A stretch of DNA of 64,000 nt from an uncultured Gammaproteobacteria bacterium (GTDB lineage: Bacteria; Patescibacteriota; Patescibacteriia; UBA1558; S5-K13): the NCBI GenBank assembly GCA_964424195.1, contig CAYRHT010000005.1:8864-72863 (forward strand). Direction: 5' to 3'. This document shows, one piece after another, positions 9,843-20,220 of the stretch. The translations under genes were made by a program, and so were the position numbers. How positions within the stretch are numbered: the first letter of the stretch is position 1; the number at the start of each line of letters is the position of its first letter. The notes below the pieces were generated by a model. The model did no database searches, had not been told where the DNA came from, and was given only the letters and a program-made list of their open reading frames with translations.

Positions 9843-11915
9843 ATGTCTATTATTAAGTCAAAAGGAATATTTGTAATTCAGAGAACTATCCTGTTTTTAA
9901 TGGTTTTTGTTTTGTCTTTTAATCCTTTTTTTACTAAAGCTGAAAGAGAAGATATTCTTAATAATCAAGAGTACCCTAAGATAGCTAATTACTTTTTAAG
10001 TTGGTCTTTGAATGATCAGAATATTTTAGATTTGTCTAAATGGGATGTTTTAATTTTAGATATGGAAAATCAAGTTAATAATCCTGAGAGGTTAGAGAGA
10101 ATTAGAGAATTAAATCCAGATATTCTAATTTTAGCCTATGTTCCAGCAGAAGAGATTGCTTATGACTCTCAGAACTACAATTTTACTAGATTAAGAGCAG
10201 GGCAAGTTGCTTATGTTCCAGAATCTTGGTATTTGCATAATACTCAAAGACAGAGATTAAGTTTTTGGCCAGGAGCAGACTTAATGAATGTTACTAATAA
10301 TGTTCCTTTAAAGAATGGAGAAAGATGGAATTCCTATTTAGCTAACTTTGTAAAAAACAGAATTCTTTCTACTGGTTTATGGGACGGTGTTTTTTATGAT
10401 AATACTTCTGCTAGTATCTCTTGGGTTGATTCCGGAAAGATAGATTTGAATAATGATTATCGAGCAGAAAGTAATTCCTATGTTGATGCTCAATGGAAAG
10501 CTGGAACTATGGATATTTTAAGATTAACTAGAGAAGCTAATCCAAATTATATTATTATTGGTAATTCAGCTTCAGACATTGATTTTCAAGAATATTTAAA
10601 TGGAAGAATGTTTGAAACCTTTCCTACTCCTTGGGAATTAAATGGTAGATGGGATCAAGTAACAGATTTATATTTGAATAAATTTCCAGAGAGAAGTTTG
10701 AATCCTCAAGTTTATGTTATAAATTCTAATACTGAAAATACTGGTGAGATGGATAATTATCGAAAAATGCGTTTTGGCTTAACAAGTACTTTATTAGGTA
10801 AAGGGTATTATTCTTTTGATTTTGGAGATCGTTCTCATACTCAGGCTTGGTGGTATGATGAATATAATTCTTTTTTAGGAAATCCTCAGTCTGAAGCATA
10901 TAATCTTTTAGATAATAATAGTCAAGATATGAAGTTAGGACTATGGCGAAGAGATTTTGAAGATGGAGTAGTAATTGTTAATTCTACTAAAGAAGAACAA
11001 ACTCATGTTTTTTCTAAGGAAAGTTTTGAAAAGATAAATGGGCAACAAGACCGAAGAGTTAATAATGGTTCAAAAATTAATTGGTTAAGAATAGCTCCTG
11101 AAGATGGAGTTGTTTTGTTAAAAATAAATACTGATATTATAGATGACAAATATTCAAATGGAAGTTTTATGCGAGTATTTGATTATCAAGGTAATCAGAC
11201 TAGAAATGGTTTCTTTGCTTTTGAAGAGTATCATCAAGGTCAGGTAGAAGTATTGAAAACTGATTTAGATAATGATGAAAAGTTAGAAACTTTAGTGAAT
11301 GGAGAAGGAAAGATTTCTATTTATCAAGATGGTCAAGAAATAAAAAACTTTTATCCTTATACAGAGAATTTTAAAGAACATATTTCTTTTGCAGTCAGTG
11401 ATTTAGATAATGATGGAAACAAAGAAATTATCACAGGAGCTGGACCAGGTGGAGGACCTCATGTTAGAGTCTTTAACAAAGATGGTGAATTGATTGATCC
11501 AGGATTTTTTGCCTATGGACATAACTTTTATGGAGGTATTTCAGTGACAGTCAGTGATTTAGATAATGATGGAAACAAAGAAATTATCACAGGAGCTGGA
11601 CCAGGCGGAGGACCTCATGTTAGAGTCTTTAACAAAGATGGTGAATTGATCAACCAGTTCTTTGCTTACGATGCTAATTTCTATGGTGGTATTACAGTCA
11701 CCACTGGAGATATTAATGGTGATGGTATTCAGGAAATAATTACCAGTCCAGGTCTTGGAGGACAATCTGAAGTTAAAACATTTACTCAGTATGGGTATCT
11801 TTTAGATAGTTTTTTTGCTTACAATAATCAAGATGATAGTAGTACTAGAGTTATTGCTAATGATCTTAATCAAGATGGTGTAGATGAAATATTGGTCAGT
11901 ATCAATGATTTTTAA
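9843..11915 (+). CDS. secreted/membrane-anchored protein: N-terminal glycoside-hydrolase-like (TIM-barrel, GH114/GHL-like) region plus C-terminal FG-GAP/VCBS-type repeats
   Basis: N-terminal TM/signal; repeats SDLDNDGNKEIITGAGPGGGPHVRVFNKDGELI x2, TGDINGDGIQEIITSPGLGGQSEV, ANDLNQDGVDEIL; N-domain assignment is tentative. Confidence 0.6.
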   Translation: MSIIKSKGIFVIQRTILFLMVFVLSFNPFFTKAEREDILNNQEYPKIANYFLSWSLNDQNILDLSKWDVLILDMENQVNNPERLERIRELNPDILILAYVPAEEIAYDSQNYNFTRLRAGQVAYVPESWYLHNTQRQRLSFWPGADLMNVTNNVPLKNGERWNSYLANFVKNRILSTGLWDGVFYDNTSASISWVDSGKIDLNNDYRAESNSYVDAQWKAGTMDILRLTREANPNYIIIGNSASDIDFQEYLNGRMFETFPTPWELNGRWDQVTDLYLNKFPERSLNPQVYVINSNTENTGEMDNYRKMRFGLTSTLLGKGYYSFDFGDRSHTQAWWYDEYNSFLGNPQSEAYNLLDNNSQDMKLGLWRRDFEDGVVIVNSTKEEQTHVFSKESFEKINGQQDRRVNNGSKINWLRIAPEDGVVLLKINTDIIDDKYSNGSFMRVFDYQGNQTRNGFFAFEEYHQGQVEVLKTDLDNDEKLETLVNGEGKISIYQDGQEIKNFYPYTENFKEHISFAVSDLDNDGNKEIITGAGPGGGPHVRVFNKDGELIDPGFFAYGHNFYGGISVTVSDLDNDGNKEIITGAGPGGGPHVRVFNKDGELINQFFAYDANFYGGITVTTGDINGDGIQEIITSPGLGGQSEVKTFTQYGYLLDSFFAYNNQDDSSTRVIANDLNQDGVDEILVSINDF
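11393..11650 (+). repeat. intragenic tandem duplication: two ~102-bp copies offset by 156 bp with a single mismatch
   Basis: agtcagtgatttagataatgatggaaacaaagaaattatcacaggagctggaccagg[t/c]ggaggacctcatgttagagtctttaacaaagatggtgaattgat occurs at 11393-11494 and 11549-11650. Confidence 0.9.
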
Positions 11916-11940
11916 TATAATTAATATATAATTAAAATAT

Positions 11941-13731
11941 ATGGATAAAGAACAAAATAAATATAGTCGAGAAAATAACAATCTGAGTGTTATTCCTAGG
12001 AATGATAGTAAGAAGGGAAAAGTTGTTATTGGTACTCTAAATGTTTTAACTAAAGAACGGAGACTTTTGGGTCGTTCTAAAAAGATGAGATGGATTACTG
12101 ATTCTGGATTAATAATTGCAGTAGCTATTTTACTTTTCTTAGGATCTTCTTATTTAATTAGAACTTACAATATTGGTAAAAATGTTATCCTAGAAGCTCG
12201 AACTTTAAGTGAAAGAGTGAGTAGCGGGAATTTAGAAACATTTGAGTTAATTTACAAGAATGATAATAAAGAAAGTATCTATGATGCTAGTATTGCTTTA
12301 GAGCTTCCAGGAAATTTTATTTTAAAAGAAGTTCTGCCAAAGGATATTTTTGATCAAAACACTAATACTGTTAATTTAGGAAATTTAGTTAGTGGAGCTA
12401 ATGGGAAGATAAAAATAAATGGTTATATCTTAGGAGAAGTAAGTTCACGACAATTTATAAGATTCTCTTTAAATTATTCTAAGGACGGTTTTCATCGAAA
12501 GTCTCAGAACCTATTAGCTTATCTAATTGAAGACTCTGTTTTAGATTTTAAATTTTCTTGGCCAAAAGAACTATATCAAGGAGTTCTATTCTCTGATGAA
12601 TTAATTTTACATAATAAAGGACAAAGAGATTTAGAAAATATTAAAGTTGTTTTTGATAAAAATATTGAAATACATAAAGTTGATCAATTTCCAGGTTTGA
12701 ATTTTGATATTAATAATATCTATTTAAATATTTTAAAAAAGAATGAAAAAATACATTTAAATTTAGATTTACTAGTTAAGAATATCCAAGGAGAGTCTAA
12801 TTTAAGTATTGGTTCAGAAGTTAATGGTTTAAGCCAGAAGAAAGTGGAGTCAGAAGTTTTTGTAGAAGTGCCTAGGTTTGGAGTGAATATTCTTTCTGAC
12901 CAAAAACAAATGAAAGCTGGAGAATATTTAAGTTTTAAAGTCAATTATCAAAATAATGAAGATCAGGAAGTAAATAATATTAATTTAGATTTTAAACCAC
13001 TCTCTGGTTTTTTAATTAAAGACTTTAAATTAAAAGATCAGGCTAGATTTACTCAAGATGGACATGTTATTCGTTTTAATAATAGTCTAGCTCCGCAAGA
13101 AAGTGGTAGTTTTAATATTGAAGTATTGTTAAACAGAAGTAAGATGGAATTAAATCAAGAAGCTGGTTTATTTGCTAATATTAATTATACTCATCAAGGA
13201 AAGAGAATCAGTTATCCAAATTATTCTTCTAGGGCTAAGCTCTGTTCTAATTTAAATGTAAAATCAGCTGGCTATTATTACAGTCCTCAGGGTGATCAAT
13301 TAGGAGCTGGACCAGTTCCACCAATGGTGGATATTCCAACTAATTATTGGGTATTTTGGGAGTTAGATAATTTTGGTAATGATTTGGAATCTTTTTCTCT
13401 TTCAGCTGACTTACCAAAAGAATTAGTTTGGACAAATAACAAGAGTGTTTTAGCTGGTAACTTACAATTTGGTGAGATTAGTAGAAGAGTGATTTGGAAT
13501 ATAGATAGTGTTTTAGCTCAAAATGGTAAATATCAAGCTAAGTTTGAAATTGGATTAATTCCAGAAGAAAATGATATTGGAAAAGTATTAGATTTATTAA
13601 AAAATATTCAGTTTTCAGCTGAAGATAGTTTTTGTGGATCTGAGATTTTAGGAAATAAAGAGAAGATAGATACTAATTTAAAAGATGATAATTTAATTTC
13701 AGGACAAGGTAGTGTAGAGGAATTTAAATAA
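11941..13731 (+). CDS. membrane-anchored hypothetical protein (596 aa), large extracytoplasmic region
   Basis: single TM near residue 50 (WITDSGLIIAVAILLFLGSSYLI); no catalytic motifs recognised. Confidence 0.5.
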   Translation: MDKEQNKYSRENNNLSVIPRNDSKKGKVVIGTLNVLTKERRLLGRSKKMRWITDSGLIIAVAILLFLGSSYLIRTYNIGKNVILEARTLSERVSSGNLETFELIYKNDNKESIYDASIALELPGNFILKEVLPKDIFDQNTNTVNLGNLVSGANGKIKINGYILGEVSSRQFIRFSLNYSKDGFHRKSQNLLAYLIEDSVLDFKFSWPKELYQGVLFSDELILHNKGQRDLENIKVVFDKNIEIHKVDQFPGLNFDINNIYLNILKKNEKIHLNLDLLVKNIQGESNLSIGSEVNGLSQKKVESEVFVEVPRFGVNILSDQKQMKAGEYLSFKVNYQNNEDQEVNNINLDFKPLSGFLIKDFKLKDQARFTQDGHVIRFNNSLAPQESGSFNIEVLLNRSKMELNQEAGLFANINYTHQGKRISYPNYSSRAKLCSNLNVKSAGYYYSPQGDQLGAGPVPPMVDIPTNYWVFWELDNFGNDLESFSLSADLPKELVWTNNKSVLAGNLQFGEISRRVIWNIDSVLAQNGKYQAKFEIGLIPEENDIGKVLDLLKNIQFSAEDSFCGSEILGNKEKIDTNLKDDNLISGQGSVEEFK

Positions 13732-13740
13732 AATAAATTT

Positions 13741-15105
13741 ATGAAAAAAACAAGATTAATTTTATTATTCATTATAGTAATTTTGGGAGCTATGTTGGTT
13801 TTATTGGGAGCATATTTTATAAAGAATAGTATCAAAAAAAATGAGTCTAAAGTTTTGAATTCAAATTATGTAATTAATTTAATAGAAAAGCAAAAGATAG
13901 ACGAATACTATTCTAAGGATGAAAATAATATATATTGTAATGACTCTGTTATGAAAATGGTTGATTACAATACATTTCAATCCTTGGGTTATGGATATGC
14001 TAAAGACAAAAATGCTATTTATAAAAATTGCAAGCTCAGTTTATTTAGTGATCTAAAGAGGATAGATCATTTTTCAGAATTAGTTAATAAAATTGATTTA
14101 TCTAGTTTTGAGGTACTAAATTCGATTTATTTTAAGGATAAAAATATTGTTATATTTCAAGATCGTCAAGGTGGTGGTACTGATTTTAGGGAGATAAATG
14201 GAGCTAATCCAAGTAATTTTGAAATTATAGAAAAACAATACTCTAAGGATAAGAATTATTTTTATTTTAAATCCAAAAAATCTGACATTGTTGATTTTAA
14301 TAGTTTAGATTTCAATTTAGAAAATGATCTTTATAAGAATTATGCCAAGGATAAATATGGTGTATATTATGAAGGTCAAAAAATTAATGAAGTTGATTTA
14401 TTAACTTTTGAAGTTATATCTTGTCAGTTAGGTACTGGATGTTTTGCTAAAGATAAAGATAATATTTATTTTGAAGATAAAATTTTAGAAAAGGCGGATG
14501 TTCAAACTTTTGAGATAATGTTTCCAGATCAACCAGAATATGAAAAAGATAAAAATCATGTCTGGAAGAGAGGTGAATTAGTTAAGGACTTTAAAAAGGA
14601 CATAAATTGGCAAGATTTTTCTTTGAATTTAGAGGAAATTGATAGTTGGGAATTATTTAATGACGATTATTTAAGATTAAGTTTTAGAATACCAAGTAAA
14701 TTAAATAATCAAGAAATCGATTATACAGATGCTAGTTACGGATATATGCCATATGAAATAGAAAGATATCAAATAATTGGTTTTGGACTTCCAATGGAAG
14801 AGAATGAATGGAGAGTCTTTGATCACAATTATACAATAGAAATTTATCCCTTTTTAGAAGTAAAAGATTTCCAAAAGGAATTATTAGTTAACAAAGGTAA
14901 TTATTTAATGGATGATCCTTTATATCTGATAGTGAATAATAATAAAGTAATTCTGTATTCAGAGATGGGAATGCTTCCTAATAAAACAGCAATAATTTTT
15001 GGAACAGATAATACGATAATTTTTCATTTAAAAAGCGGAGACAATTCAGATTTGAATAAGATTGATGAATTTAAGAAAATTTTATCAACTATTAATTTAA
15101 AATAA
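13741..15105 (+). CDS. membrane-anchored DKNYY-repeat protein
   Basis: N-terminal TM; at least 7 repeats of Y[SAE]KDKN.[IVF]Y (YSKDENNIY, YAKDKNAIY, YFKDKNIVIF, YSKDKNYFYF, YAKDKYGVYY, FAKDKDNIYF, YEKDKNHVW) matching the DKNYY family pattern. Confidence 0.65.
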   Translation: MKKTRLILLFIIVILGAMLVLLGAYFIKNSIKKNESKVLNSNYVINLIEKQKIDEYYSKDENNIYCNDSVMKMVDYNTFQSLGYGYAKDKNAIYKNCKLSLFSDLKRIDHFSELVNKIDLSSFEVLNSIYFKDKNIVIFQDRQGGGTDFREINGANPSNFEIIEKQYSKDKNYFYFKSKKSDIVDFNSLDFNLENDLYKNYAKDKYGVYYEGQKINEVDLLTFEVISCQLGTGCFAKDKDNIYFEDKILEKADVQTFEIMFPDQPEYEKDKNHVWKRGELVKDFKKDINWQDFSLNLEEIDSWELFNDDYLRLSFRIPSKLNNQEIDYTDASYGYMPYEIERYQIIGFGLPMEENEWRVFDHNYTIEIYPFLEVKDFQKELLVNKGNYLMDDPLYLIVNNNKVILYSEMGMLPNKTAIIFGTDNTIIFHLKSGDNSDLNKIDEFKKILSTINLK

Positions 15106-15143
15106 TATTGTATTTGTTTAAATAAAGATTTTTTAAAAATAAA

Positions 15144-15180
15144 AGGCTCTCTGTAGATTATTTACAAAGAGCCTTTTAAA
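15144..15180 (+). terminator. terminator hairpin (aggctct...agagcct + TTTTAAA)
   Basis: 7-bp perfect stem after DKNYY gene stop. Confidence 0.5.
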
Positions 15181-15230
15181 ATACTTTTCTTATGTTATGC
15201 TTATAATATATTAAAAATAAATATAAATAT

Positions 15231-16199
15231 ATGCCTTTAGTAACAATGAAACAAGTTTTAGACCATGCTCAAGAGAATAATTATGGTGTTGGAGCTTTTA
15301 ATATCAACAATATGGAGCAAATGCAAGCTGTGATGCAAGCTGCTGCTCAAACTAAAAGCCCAGTGATTATTGGGGCTACTCGAGGAGCTTTGAAATATAC
15401 TGAATTAGTCTATCTCAAGCATCTAATTCGAGCTGCTGTGGAAGAATATCCAGATATTCCGGTAGTAATGCATTTAGATCATGGAGATAATCTAGAAACA
15501 GTTCAGAAAGTTATTGAACTTGGTTTTACATCAGTAATGATTGATGCTTCAGCAGAATCTTTTGAAGATAATATTAGGATTACTAAAGAAGTTGTAGATT
15601 ATGCTCATGGCTTTGGTGTTAGTGTAGAAGCAGAATTGGGAACCTTAGGAGGTATTGAAGAAGATGTTGTTAATGAAGTGCAATTAACTGATCCAGAGCA
15701 AGTACAGGAGTTTGTAGAGAGAACTGGAGTGGATGCTTTAGCAATTGCTATTGGAACTAGTCATGGAGCTTACAAATTTAAATCAGAGCCAAAACTAGCT
15801 TTGGATTTGATAAAAGAAGTTGCTAAGAAAGTTGATGTAGCTTTAGTAATGCATGGTTCAAGCTCAGTACCAGCAGAATTAAGAGACAAGATTAACAAAT
15901 ATGGTGGAGATATGCCAAATGCTTGTGGAGTTCCAATTGAGAGTATTCAAGAAGGAATTAAGAGTGGTGTTGCTAAAATTAATGTGGATACAGATTGTCG
16001 AATGGCTATGACTGGAGAAATTAGAAAAGTATTTACTGATACTCCAGAAAAGTTTGATCCGCGAGATTATCTTGGTCCAGCTCGAGAAGCTATGGTAGAA
16101 ATAGTATCTTCTAGAATGAAGTCTTTTGGTCAAACCGGACATGCTGGGGGTTATGAAGCAATTAGTTTAGATGAAGCCAAAGAAAAGTATTATCAATAA
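15231..16199 (+). CDS. fba: class II fructose-bisphosphate aldolase
   Basis: MKQVLDHAQENNYGVGAFNINNMEQ..., HLDHG zinc-binding motif, GTSHGAYKF; ~322 aa. Confidence 0.9.
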   Translation: MPLVTMKQVLDHAQENNYGVGAFNINNMEQMQAVMQAAAQTKSPVIIGATRGALKYTELVYLKHLIRAAVEEYPDIPVVMHLDHGDNLETVQKVIELGFTSVMIDASAESFEDNIRITKEVVDYAHGFGVSVEAELGTLGGIEEDVVNEVQLTDPEQVQEFVERTGVDALAIAIGTSHGAYKFKSEPKLALDLIKEVAKKVDVALVMHGSSSVPAELRDKINKYGGDMPNACGVPIESIQEGIKSGVAKINVDTDCRMAMTGEIRKVFTDTPEKFDPRDYLGPAREAMVEIVSSRMKSFGQTGHAGGYEAISLDEAKEKYYQ

Positions 16200-16208
16200 T
16201 TTAAAATA

Positions 16209-17267
16209 ATGACAATTACAGGTAAAAAACAGAAGCAAATAGCGGTAATTACTGGTGGTGGTGATGCTCCAGGATTAAATGCTGTGATTAAAGGAATTGT
16301 AACTAAATCTAAATCCTTAGGTTATGATGTACTTGGTTTTAAACAGGGCTGGAAAGGTTTAATAGAAGATTCTACTTATGGAAGTTTAGATTTAGATGAA
16401 GTAGAAGATATTCATATGACTGGTGGAACAATTTTAGGTTCTTCTCGAACAAATCCATATAAAATTAAAGATGGAGAAGAAAAGATTATTGAATCTCTAA
16501 AGAAAAATAATTGTGATTATTTAATAGCTATTGGAGGAGATGATACTTTAGGAGTAGCTAGTAAGTTGTTTAAGAAGGGAGTTAAAGTAGTAGGAATTCC
16601 TAAAACTATTGATAATGACTTATCAGGAACAGATTGTACTTTTGGTTTTGATACAGCTATTAACAGAGCTATGGAACAAATTGAAAACTTGCATACTACT
16701 GCTAAAAGTCATGACCGAGTAATTGTAGTAGAAGTTATGGGTCGACATGCTGGTTGGTTAACTTTAGATTCTGGTTTAGCTGGTGGTGCTCATTATATTA
16801 TTCTTCCAGAAGAGAAGTTTGATATTGAAGATATTTGTAATTTAGTTAAGAAAAGAAAAACAGAAGGTAAAAGTTATTCTATCATTACTGTTTCTGAAGG
16901 AGCTTTACCAACAAAAGATGATTGGTTTCAAGCAGAAGAGGAAAAAGATGCTTTTGGAAACATAGTTTTAAAAAAGAGAAATATAGCTAAACATCTAGCT
17001 CAAGAGATAGAGAAGAGGACTGGTGTTGATACTAGACATGTGGTTTTAGGACATACTCAGCGAGCTGGTAGTCCTACAGCTTTTGATAGAGTTTTAGGTT
17101 TAAGATTAGGAGTAGAAGCTGTAGGGTTAGTTGATAAGAGTGATTTTGGAAAAATGATAAGTGTGCGAGGTACAGAAATAGAGACTGTAGCTTTAGAAAA
17201 AGCTACAGAGAGAAACAGAATCGTTCCAGAGGAGAGAATTAAGCATATGAAGTTATTTAGAGAGTAG
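16209..17267 (+). CDS. pfkA: 6-phosphofructokinase (PFK-A family; ATP- or PPi-dependent not decidable here)
   Basis: AVITGGGDAPGLNAVIKG, IGGDDTLGVA, MGRHAGWLTL, HVVLGHTQRAG motifs. Confidence 0.85.
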   Translation: MTITGKKQKQIAVITGGGDAPGLNAVIKGIVTKSKSLGYDVLGFKQGWKGLIEDSTYGSLDLDEVEDIHMTGGTILGSSRTNPYKIKDGEEKIIESLKKNNCDYLIAIGGDDTLGVASKLFKKGVKVVGIPKTIDNDLSGTDCTFGFDTAINRAMEQIENLHTTAKSHDRVIVVEVMGRHAGWLTLDSGLAGGAHYIILPEEKFDIEDICNLVKKRKTEGKSYSIITVSEGALPTKDDWFQAEEEKDAFGNIVLKKRNIAKHLAQEIEKRTGVDTRHVVLGHTQRAGSPTAFDRVLGLRLGVEAVGLVDKSDFGKMISVRGTEIETVALEKATERNRIVPEERIKHMKLFRE

Positions 17268-17290
17268 ATTAAAATAGATTAGATTGTATA

Positions 17291-17330
17291 AAAAAGTCCC
17301 TACTTTTGAGAAGTAAGGACTTTTTAAAAA
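17291..17330. terminator. bidirectional terminator (aaaaagtccctactt...aagtaaggacttttt)
   Basis: inverted repeat with A-run and T-run read directly. Confidence 0.6.
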
Positions 17331-17494
17331 CACTTATTTTATTTAATGCTGTTTATTACTTAATTTTTTCTTTAGGAACTTCTTTCTTTTTAGGGGAATA
17401 ATTTGGAGGCATAAATGAGAATTCAGGGGCTACTTCAGTCATATATTTATTTATTATTTGATTACTTTAATAATATAGCATATTTAGAAAAAGA

Positions 17495-17521
17495 AAACAG
17501 CTTTGAATTTCAAAGCTGTTT
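17495..17521 (-). terminator. terminator for minus-strand ORF 17523-18119 (aaacagctttgaa-t-ttcaaagctgttt)
   Basis: perfect 13-bp inverted repeat, T-run on minus strand. Confidence 0.6.
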
Positions 17522-17522
17522 G

Positions 17523-18119
17523 TTAGAGTATAAGTTTTGATTGTTCCCCCTCAAATTCTACAGGAAAACCATAAAGTTCCATTGTCTGAGCTTTTCTTTT
17601 AAACCAATTAAAAATGTAAAGTCGAGATGTTTTTTCGATTTGAAAAGCTTTTAGAAAAACTTTTTTAACTTTTCTTGCTATTGGCTTGGGGGTAAGTCTT
17701 CTCTTCTTGTAATTATAGTGATAGAATTTTTTAAGAGAGGAGAATGTAAGGGGAATAAGCAAAGGAGTTCCAATTTGAGCTTTTTCAAGAAGCCGATCAG
17801 AACACCCTGAACAGCAGATATGATCTTCATTTATTTTAGTATTTTCTCCGATAGTTTGAATCATAAAGTATTCTACTCTTCTGCTTTTGCAAATAGGGCA
17901 GATAGCTGTTGGTTTTACGTTTTTTAATACCCCAAGAAGCCATTTTAAATGTTGATGTATCTTGCTTTCTTCTTTTCGTCCTTTATCTTCTTGTTTTCTG
18001 ATTCCTAGTTGTTGTTCTAGAAATCCAATATCATTTAAGGCTAAGAGACCTAAGGCCTCTCCAGCATGATCTCCAGATTTTAAAATATACGGCCTTTCTG
18101 GAACATATTCCTTTTTCAT
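17523..18119 (-). CDS. hypothetical protein with Cys cluster (CPICKSRR...CCSGCSDR)
   Basis: ORF with downstream terminator; possible zinc-binding motif. Confidence 0.45.
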   Translation of the reverse strand: MKKEYVPERPYILKSGDHAGEALGLLALNDIGFLEQQLGIRKQEDKGRKEESKIHQHLKWLLGVLKNVKPTAICPICKSRRVEYFMIQTIGENTKINEDHICCSGCSDRLLEKAQIGTPLLIPLTFSSLKKFYHYNYKKRRLTPKPIARKVKKVFLKAFQIEKTSRLYIFNWFKRKAQTMELYGFPVEFEGEQSKLIL

Positions 18120-18538
18120 TTTTCCTCCTTGATTTTTTTCTTATTTAAATAATAACATAAAAATGTATCATATCTATATAGCTATGTCAATATTCTTGGT
18201 TTTATGATTTGACAAATATATAAATATGATATACATTTACATCATAAGAGTTATATTTATATATTATGGATAAAAAATGTTTAAAATCAGAGTGTTTAAA
18301 GAAATACAAAACCAAGGAAGGTCGTTTTAAGTGTTTGGCTGAATATCGAACTAATGAGATTTTAAGAAAGATAAGAATTTTAGGTAATTGTTCTAATCGA
18401 AGCACTTATAAGTACTCAGAAGAAGAACTTGAAAAAATATTTAATGAATTAGAAGATGCTTTAATCAAAACTAAAGCTAAGTTTACTTTTTCTAAAAAGA
18501 ATAAATTTAAATTATAATTAATAAATAAAAGAAAAAAT

Positions 18539-18862
18539 ATGGCAAAAATATTAAATGATACAAACTTTGATCAATTTATCAAAGACAATGAAAATGTAAT
18601 GGTAGATTTTTTTGCAGAGTGGTGTGGGCCTTGTAAGATGCTAGGACCAATAGTTGATGAGCTTGCAGAAGAGTTAAAAGATAAAGATGTTAAAATTGTT
18701 AAAGTAAATGTAGAGGAATCACCCAAGTCTGCTCAAAAATTTGAAGTAATGAGTATCCCAACTATTATTTACCTTAAAAAAGGAGAGGCTAAGGAAACTA
18801 CTATGGGATTAATGGATAAAAATTCATTGAAAGAAAAGATAGATGCTTTGATTAGTAGTTAG
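18539..18862 (+). CDS. trxA: thioredoxin
   Basis: WCGPC active site (FAEWCGPCKMLGP), 107 aa. Confidence 0.9.
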   Translation: MAKILNDTNFDQFIKDNENVMVDFFAEWCGPCKMLGPIVDELAEELKDKDVKIVKVNVEESPKSAQKFEVMSIPTIIYLKKGEAKETTMGLMDKNSLKEKIDALISS

Positions 18863-18938
18863 ACATTTTTAAAACTTGTTGTATAATATATTTTACAGCA
18901 AGTTTATTTTCGAAAAAATATTATTAATAATTTAATAT

Positions 18939-20159
18939 ATGAATCCTTTTTTAAACACTATTGATAATCTAATTAAAGCTGGAAAAATTGCTTCAATTGA
19001 TGAAGAAATTCTTTTAAAGTTACAAAGTCCAGATAGATTTGTGGAAGCCTCTTTACCAGTTAGAATGGATAGTGGTGACTTAAAGTTCTTTAAAGCTTAT
19101 CGAGTGCAATATGATGATAGTCGTGGTCCTTACAAAGGTGGAATTAGATTTCATCCTCAAGTTGATTTAGAAGAAATTAAAGCTCTATCGTCTTTGATGG
19201 CTATTAAATGTGCTGTAGTTAATATTCCAATGGGTGGAGGCAAAGGAGGGGCTTCAGTTAATCCTAAAGAGTTATCAGAGAAAGAATTAGAGAATCTATC
19301 TCGAGCTTGGATTAGAGCTTTTGCAGATGTTATTGGACCAAAAAAAGATGTTCCTGCTCCAGATGTTTACACTAATTCTCAAATCATGGATTGGATGGAA
19401 GATGAGTATTCTCAGATTGTTGGAAAGAAGACTCCAGCCATGATTACTGGTAAGTCATTAGAGAATGGTGGATCTTTAGGAAGAGATAAAGCTACTGGCT
19501 TAGGAGCTTTTTATGTATTTGAAAGTTTATTAAAGAAACTAAACTTAAAAAGTCCTTTAAAGATTGTTATACAAGGATTTGGTAATGCTGGTGGAGTATT
19601 TACAGACTTTGCTCAGGAAGCCGGGTACAAGATTGTAGCTGTTTCTGATTCTCAAGGTGGAATTTATAATGAGAATGGTTTAGATATAGGAAGCCTTAAG
19701 AAACATAAAAAAGAAACTGGTTCTGTTCAGGACTTTTCAGGAGCTCAGAATATAAGTAATGAAGAGTTATTAGAACTATCAGTAGATGTTTTAAGTTTAG
19801 CAGCTTTAGAAAATCAAATTACTAATGAAAATGCAGATAATATTAAAGCTAATCTGGTACTAGAAGTTGCTAATAGTCCAATTACTAAAGATGCAGATGA
19901 AATATTAGAGAAAAAAGGTATTATAGTTTTACCTGATATTTTAACTAATGCTGGTGGAGTAGTAGTTTCCTACTTTGAATGGTTTCAGAATACGAATGAT
20001 GAAAAATGGGAGTTAGATAAAATTAATCAAGAATTAAAAGAAATAATGAATAAAGCTTTTAATGAAGTTTGGGATATTAGTGAAAAACATCAGACTAGTT
20101 TAAGAATGAGCGCTTTTATTTCAGCTTTACAAAGATTAGAAAAATCTATTAAGTTATAA
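18939..20159 (+). CDS. gdhA: glutamate dehydrogenase (Glu/Leu/Phe/Val dehydrogenase family)
   Basis: KGGIRFHPQV...AIKCAVVNIPMGGGKGG catalytic region; GFGNAGG Rossmann motif. Confidence 0.85.
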   Translation: MNPFLNTIDNLIKAGKIASIDEEILLKLQSPDRFVEASLPVRMDSGDLKFFKAYRVQYDDSRGPYKGGIRFHPQVDLEEIKALSSLMAIKCAVVNIPMGGGKGGASVNPKELSEKELENLSRAWIRAFADVIGPKKDVPAPDVYTNSQIMDWMEDEYSQIVGKKTPAMITGKSLENGGSLGRDKATGLGAFYVFESLLKKLNLKSPLKIVIQGFGNAGGVFTDFAQEAGYKIVAVSDSQGGIYNENGLDIGSLKKHKKETGSVQDFSGAQNISNEELLELSVDVLSLAALENQITNENADNIKANLVLEVANSPITKDADEILEKKGIIVLPDILTNAGGVVVSYFEWFQNTNDEKWELDKINQELKEIMNKAFNEVWDISEKHQTSLRMSAFISALQRLEKSIKL

Positions 20160-20174
20160 AAAGTTTTTAATATA

Positions 20175-20205
20175 AAAAAAGAACCGAGTTAAGCTCGGTT
20201 CTTTT
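20175..20205. terminator. bidirectional terminator (agaaccgag-ttaag-ctcggttct)
   Basis: perfect 9-bp stem flanked by A-run/T-run. Confidence 0.65.
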
Positions 20206-20220
20206 AAATTTAAATAGTAT

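Noticed and set aside
18202-18517. Two overlapping small ORFs (18202-18405 minus, 18266-18517 plus) upstream of trxA
   Set aside because: Mutually exclusive, AT-rich, no RBS or motifs. Neither supported.
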